From Octopus vulgaris (taxonomy: Eukaryota): DNA of 64,000 nt. The position numbers and the translations under genes are program-made. A model generated the notes under the pieces. That model was not told the DNA's origin. It did not search any database and was given only the letters and a program-made list of their open reading frames with translations. Numbering within the stretch: position 1 is the stretch's first letter; every line of letters begins with the position of its first letter. The stretch is taken from the NCBI GenBank assembly GCA_951406725.2, contig OX597840.1, forward strand, positions 39,680,001-39,744,000, given 5' to 3'. Positions 58,334 to 64,000 of the stretch are shown here, one piece after another.

Positions 58334-59575
58334 TGTGTGGTAGGGTGTGGTTCTGAGTTCTGAGTTTATGGGATTTTTTTGTCAGTTTTTCAGAGTTAGT
58401 GATGATGCTAAACAATAGACGTTGGTATTTGCTGTTAGTCTTTTGTTTTTAATCTTCGTTTCGTTCGCTGAACAATCAGCGTTGTTAGATTTTCTGCAGT
58501 AAGTTTAGATTCTCGATACGAAAAAAAAAAGTCTGCAACTTATTGTGATTCTTTAGTTAACAGTTTAATGAAATTATCACTAGAAAGTTATCTGAACGTA
58601 TCTTGCGACAGAAAACATTTCTATTTGTTTCCCCCCAACGTCTGTTTCGAAATGGTTTGTAACATTGCAAATTACGTTCCCATTATTCGGTTCCGATAAC
58701 TGCATGTGTAATTTACCTAACCATGAATTTATCATACTTATTTTGTACACCCGCAGCCAATAGGCCAGTTCCTGCAATACTTGTCCCGAGATAACATCTA
58801 ATATAGATTTGCTGTATTGATATGATAAATATCAAAGAGAGATGAAAATCTGTCCCAGCAATTGGACAATGAGAGCCCCTGTTGCTACCTTAAATTTTGT
58901 ACGCGGGGTTCTTATCAGCAGGGTGGCTGTTTGCAATGTCAGTGAATATTTTTATTGACTTTATTTTTGTATATCAGAGGCGTTCGAATCCCTGGAGAGG
59001 CTCAAAAAGGCTCTCACTGGTCTCCGTTGGGACGAGGCTTTATTTCTCGTTCATATTTATCATGGTTGTAACACAATAAGTATATAAGAGAGGTAATCTC
59101 AAGAGAAATATTATATAACTGCTCTATCGACAATGTGTATTTCAATAGATGAATAATTTCACTTAGACAAAGTTTTGAGACTCTCCACAACGGTTATGTT
59201 ATCACAAACTTTACTATTAATTAAGTTTTCCTGCTAATGCAGCTCCGAGAAACGAATAGATGCCAATGGATATCTAGTTATGATCCATTACTTTAAACTT
59301 TCATATCACTTATAATTCATAAGGAAAAATAGCATAGCATCTCTACTCATTCTAGAATATTGCAATGCAGTTAGACACTCTTTCTTTGTTGAGGTTTAAT
59401 AATATCGGAACATGTTGAACATTAATAACACCGGAACCTTACTGGTAATAATCACATTGAAACTTCACTACGGTTTATACTTAATCATATGTTTTGGGTT
59501 TATATTAATTTTGCTGGTACCTTATTTTATATATATCTATTTTCATATGCTCCTAACTGATGGTTATTTATGTAG

Positions 59576-59629
59576 GAAAATTAGAACCTTCTGCTGTAGT
59601 TTTGCTGTTGCCAATAGCATGGAGTGTAT
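59576..59629 (+). other. Candidate 54-nt internal exon
   Basis: Branch-like cctaac at about 59552, acceptor ttatttatgtag, donor gtaagt; one frame reads (G)KLEPSAVVLLLPIAWSV. Splice signals only. Confidence 0.3.
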
Positions 59630-60314
59630 GTAAGTCAGAAATGCACATTGCATACTTTGAAACATATGTCTGGAAGAGATTTTAAAGATAATTTAAAGTA
59701 AAGACTAACTGATTAATAAGCAAGCAGAGATGATAATTAAATTAAGGTTATAATTAAGTCTAAAAGTTTTTTAATAGGATTTGAAAAAATAATATAGACA
59801 ACTATAAATGATATTGAAACTGTTTTTATCGAAACACCCAGTCACATGAACGGATAAATTGTGTTAATAGGATGAAATTGTCGTTTCTTTACATGTTAAA
59901 TGAAGTGTAATATGTTGCATAAATCGTTGATCGTCTCGTGAAAGAATTACTCGAAATAACGAGTTGGCGTTGTTCTAAGTTAAACACACGTATATCTTTA
60001 TATTCCTCGTGTAAAAACATCGTAATAACTACAAATCAGTTTTAGTTATGGAAAAAATATAAACCTATATTTGTCGGAAAATATATATAGCATTCATAAG
60101 AACATAAATAATTTAATATTTATTATATTGTAATGTAAAGTAGAGATAAACATTGGCATTTGCTAGTAAGTGCTACTCAAGGAAACCAGATTCTTTTAGC
60201 AGCGTTTTCTTAGGGGTTGGAGATGGATAGCCAGCAAAATACATATGAAAGTAATTGAGTTCAAGTAGAATGGACCCTATCTGGTGGTAAGAGAATTGAA
60301 ATTAATGCCTATAT

Positions 60315-60515
60315 TGCTATCAAATTTTGGCACAAGCCCAGCAATTTTGGGGTAAAATATATGTCGATTAGATGGAGGCCAGGACGCAACTGGTTGACCA
60401 CTAAATGATAAAACGCAAAGTTCCACCTGGCGGAAATTGAACTCAGAACATGAGTACGGACGAAATGCCGCTAAGTATTTCGCCCGGTGTACTAACGATT
60501 CTGTTCCCCGTCGTG
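60315..60515 (-). mobile_element. SINE family D, old subfamily
   Basis: 'ggcggaaattgaactcagaac..gacgaaatgccgctaagtatttcgcccggtgtactaacgattctg'. Confidence 0.8.
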
Positions 60516-60946
60516 AATTAATGGCTTATATTAATGCGCATATAGAATTTCTAGTTTGTAAGGGTATACGACGAGAGAAATGTATATAAAAGGCTAAAGG
60601 AAAAAATAGTAAATTAAAGATATGGATAAAATAAATGAAAGTAAGCTGGCCTGCCACTTAGAGATTAATGACCTGTAGGGTTAAAAGGGGAAGACGGAAA
60701 AAATTCTGGCCAGAGAACATAGCAATAAATAACGATGAGAAGAGAAAATTTAGATAAACCAGCTAAAAGTCACAAAGACAACAGAATGTTCTAACCATCT
60801 TTTGAGATTTTCGATTTCTTATTTTCTTTTCCTTTTGTCTTTTTTTTTTCATTCTTTTGTCTCACTTCCTCCACTTCTTGGTAAAAGTGCCACCACCGCA
60901 CAAATACGATTAGTTCTGTTATTTGGCTTTCTTTTCTATTAATGTT

Positions 60947-61547
60947 TATTTCTTTATTGCCCACAAGTGGCCTAAACATGGAGGGGACAAACAAGGACAG
61001 ACAAACGGATTAAGTCGATTACATCGACCGCAGTGCGTAACTGGTACTTATTTAATCGACCCCGAAAGGATGAAAGGCAAGTTCGACCTCGAAAGAACTT
61101 GAACTCAGAACGTAACGGCAGACGAAATACCTATTTCGTTACTTCCAACAAGGGGCTAAACACAGAAGGGACAAACAAGGACAGACAAACGGATTAAGTC
61201 GATTACATCGATCCCCAGTGCGTAACTGGTACTTATTTAATCAACCCCGAAAGGTTGAAAGGCAAAGTCGACCTCGGCGGAATTTGAATTCAGAACGTAA
61301 CAGCAGACGAAATATCTATTTCTTTATTACCCACAAGGGGCTAAACACAGAGAGAACAAACAAGGACAGGCAAACGGATTAATTCGATTACATCGACCCC
61401 AGTGCGTAACTGGTACTTAATTTATCGACACCGGAAGAATGAAAGGCAAAGTCGACCTCGGCGGAATTTGAACTCAGAACGTAACGGCAGACGAAATACC
61501 GCTAAGCATTTCGCCCGGCGTGCTAACGTTTCTGCCAGCTCGCCGTC
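60947..61547 (-). mobile_element. Family D SINE: one head plus three tandem 185-nt units
   Basis: Unit boundaries at 60947, 61132 and 61317; head at 61500-61547. Confidence 0.95.
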
Positions 61548-62201
61548 CTCTTTTTTTATTAATATCATAAGCACCTTGAAGATTGCACTGTTTGTTATTG
61601 TTATTATTGTTGAGGGCATTATTGTAAGTTTCCTTATATATCTATGTCTGCGTCTTCAAGAATCTAACACCCTGACTGGTTGAAAAAAATGTACATCGTA
61701 TAACCAGGGAAGCCAGGAAAGTCCAACAGTAATTAATGACATCCTAGCTGATGCAGCGCCCACACACGGCTGCTATTGAAAAATATTCAAATATGATAAT
61801 TATAGAGAAAGATCTTCTATAATGGTAAATGAATATTTAACCTGGTCTTCTGTTAAATGCCTGCAATTATGTTTCATAATTCAAGTATTGAAAAGAAACA
61901 ATATATTTACAGGCGTATTTTCTGAGCTAAATATATTAATCTTTAGTTTTCTTGTGCATTATATGGTGGAGGAGACGCATTGGAACTAGTCTTATTCGAA
62001 GGATCGCACACACACATAGACACACACACACACACTAAAACAAAGCGAAGTGCATTGTGACCAGCGATGTGTAGCAACATCTGATAGCGTGGTCGGTCAC
62101 GGTGATCACGGTGATATATATGTATCTACGTAATGTCAAACGATAAAAATGAACGATTGACACAGCATTGGTGGATATAATTTCTTTATTTGTAAACTTG
62201 G

Positions 62202-62270
62202 TCTGCCATTAGTTTCATGTTAAGAAAGAAGTGGAAAATATTCGAGTGACTTAACAATTTTTCAAGCCGA
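62202..62270 (-). ncRNA. Degenerate hammerhead motif, U3-A8 core
   Basis: cggc-TTGAAAA-at tgttaag..cttaaca t-GAAA-ctaa-TG-gcag; G at the cleavage position and mismatches suggest it is inactive. Confidence 0.45.
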
Positions 62271-62574
62271 TCTCGTAGAGAAAAGTGTTCGCCTCCATTT
62301 TGGAAGCAGGAAAATGTCGATATATATATATATATATATATATAATAGAAATATTAAAATTACTAAGTCTCTATAAAAGAGATTACGGCAGCGTTTACTG
62401 GAAATTAATTGTTATCGCCATATTAATATGGCATTCTTATAGATATAAGAATAATCGCTGCCGCTGGTCAGCTCCATGAGGCCACCGCCATCAAGATAGC
62501 TATTGATACACGATCTGTATCCATTATAACCTTCGAACAAGGGAGGTCAGCCGCTTCACACTGCCAGTCCGACA

Positions 62575-62616
62575 GCTACAGACGCGTTTCGGGGTATTGC
62601 CCCTTGTCAATGTAGC
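62575..62616 (-). ncRNA. Minimal type I hammerhead ribozyme, U3-A8 variant
   Basis: gctaca-TTGACAA-gggg caata cccc-GAAA-cgcg-TC-tgtagc. Confidence 0.82.
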
Positions 62617-62762
62617 GCAGTCAGACCCGCAGGTGTTGCCACTGACGTCTCTGTTCGAAGGTTTCTATTTACCTAGTTTCAGTGGAAAACATCCACTTGT
62701 TTTCAATAATAGAAATATTAAAATTACTAAGTTTCTATAAAAGAGATTACGGGTCTGACTGC

Positions 62763-62804
62763 GCTACATTGACAAGGGGCAATACCCCGAAACGCGTCTG
62801 TAGC
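62763..62804 (+). ncRNA. Minimal type I hammerhead ribozyme, U3-A8 variant (inverted copy)
   Basis: Identical to 62575-62616; predicted cleavage after C62798 (GUC). Confidence 0.82.
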
Positions 62805-62973
62805 TGTCGGACTGGCAGTGTGAAGCGGCTGACCTCCCTTGTTCGAAGGTTATAATGGATACAGATCGTGTATCAATAGCTATCTTGATGGCGGTGGGTT
62901 CATGGAGCTGACCAGCGGCAGCGCATATTCTTATATCTATAAGAATGCCATATTAATATGGCGATAACAATTA

Positions 62974-63039
<66 letters not shown>

Positions 63040-63134
63040 GATAAGAGGCTTCCAAATAGGAAAGCATCTTTTTGTGCTAGCCCACTGGTAATAATAATTT
63101 ATTATTACCCTATTTTATTATATATATATATATA

Positions 63135-63253
63135 TTTGGGCGGACTGCAGCTGTAATAGAAAACATGTCCGCAAGGTGTCACGCAGTGCGACTCAAACCG
63201 GAATCATGTGGTTACATAAACAAACATCTTACGCCACAGCCACATCTGCCCCC
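63135..63253 (-). mobile_element. Old family A head fragment
   Basis: 'caaggtgtcacgcagtgcgactcaaaccggaatcatgtgg..cttacgccacagccac'. Confidence 0.7.
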
Positions 63254-63477
63254 ATTTGTTGATTGTTTTCCGTTGCTATGTCTAGCAAGGCTTCTCTTTG
63301 GCTTGTTTTTCGTTTAGTACTTTTTTTATTGTTCGTCTTATAAAACCACCATTAAAAATCAACGCAATTCACAATAAAGAATTTTTACAATCAATTGAGG
63401 AATTCGATGTGTTGAATGTAAAAGACGCCTTTTTACTAGATTTTCAATTTTTCTTTGATTATTGTCTTTATACAGAC

Positions 63478-63521
<44 letters not shown>

Positions 63522-63747
63522 CACACACACAATTGTTGTTGTTGCAATCATTTCCAGGTTGCTAACTATAGAATTGATTGGCGGCGGCATGTATTAAGAC
63601 GATTCCGTGTTTGAAGTGGATACCATTTCCATGTGAAGAATGTCTGATTCAGCGATTTCATAGTTAATATATACAGAACTTTAGATCTTATCGTTTGAAA
63701 GAAGAATACGGTTTCCGGAGAAATCATTTCTCTTTATTAACACATGC

Positions 63748-63782
<35 letters not shown>

Positions 63783-64000
63783 TATACGCGTGCATGTGCG
63801 CACACATACATACAAGTATACACACATATATTTACATAGACACATATATATGTATATGCATATATATGTATATACATATATATGTCTATATATACATATA
63901 TAAACTTATACATATATATATGTATATATATATACTTATACATACATATATACGCATATATATATATATAATATATGTATGCGGGTCCGTCTGTGCGTGT

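Larger units (their letters stand above)
62342..62977 (-). mobile_element. Young non-autonomous Penelope-type / retrozyme-like element: 364-nt unit with 47-nt terminal redundancy and a 228-bp inverted arm
   Basis: Direct repeat 62342-62388 = 62706-62752 (1 mismatch); inverted arms 62402-62629 and 62750-62977 (about 4 mismatches); hammerhead in each arm; (TA)n on both flanks. Confidence 0.85.

Noticed and set aside
60947-61500. CRISPR-like appearance of the 185-nt and 63-nt tandem units
   Set aside because: Units are repeated in full with no unique spacers, there are no cas genes, and the context is eukaryotic.

Overview
A very AT-rich, microsatellite-saturated animal intergenic or intronic window, most likely from an octopus. 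That assignment is inferred from the SINE families, the mollusc-type 5S sequence and the repeat density; it was not verified by search. I find no intact protein-coding gene, and almost all ORF-track entries are translations of simple repeats or SINEs. The window holds about 20 copies or fragments of one tRNA-derived SINE (family A) and at least five other SINE families (B-F). It also holds decayed fragments of RTE, R4/Dong, Penelope-like (GIY-YIG), mariner and Helitron elements. Most notable: (1) a set of small non-coding Penelope-type units, often in (TA)n tracts and with inverted arms, carrying minimal type I hammerhead ribozyme motifs whose tertiary 3-8 core pair co-varies (C-G, U-A, A-U). 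The best is 62342-62977, a 364-nt terminally redundant, retrozyme-like unit with a 228-bp inverted arm. (2) A 5S rRNA-headed SINE (4006-4193) that shares the family A 3' tail, with compensatory changes in the terminal stem-loop. (3) A SINE family forming 185-nt concatemers with a fixed junction. Family labels A-F are my own, and all alignments and folds were done by eye.
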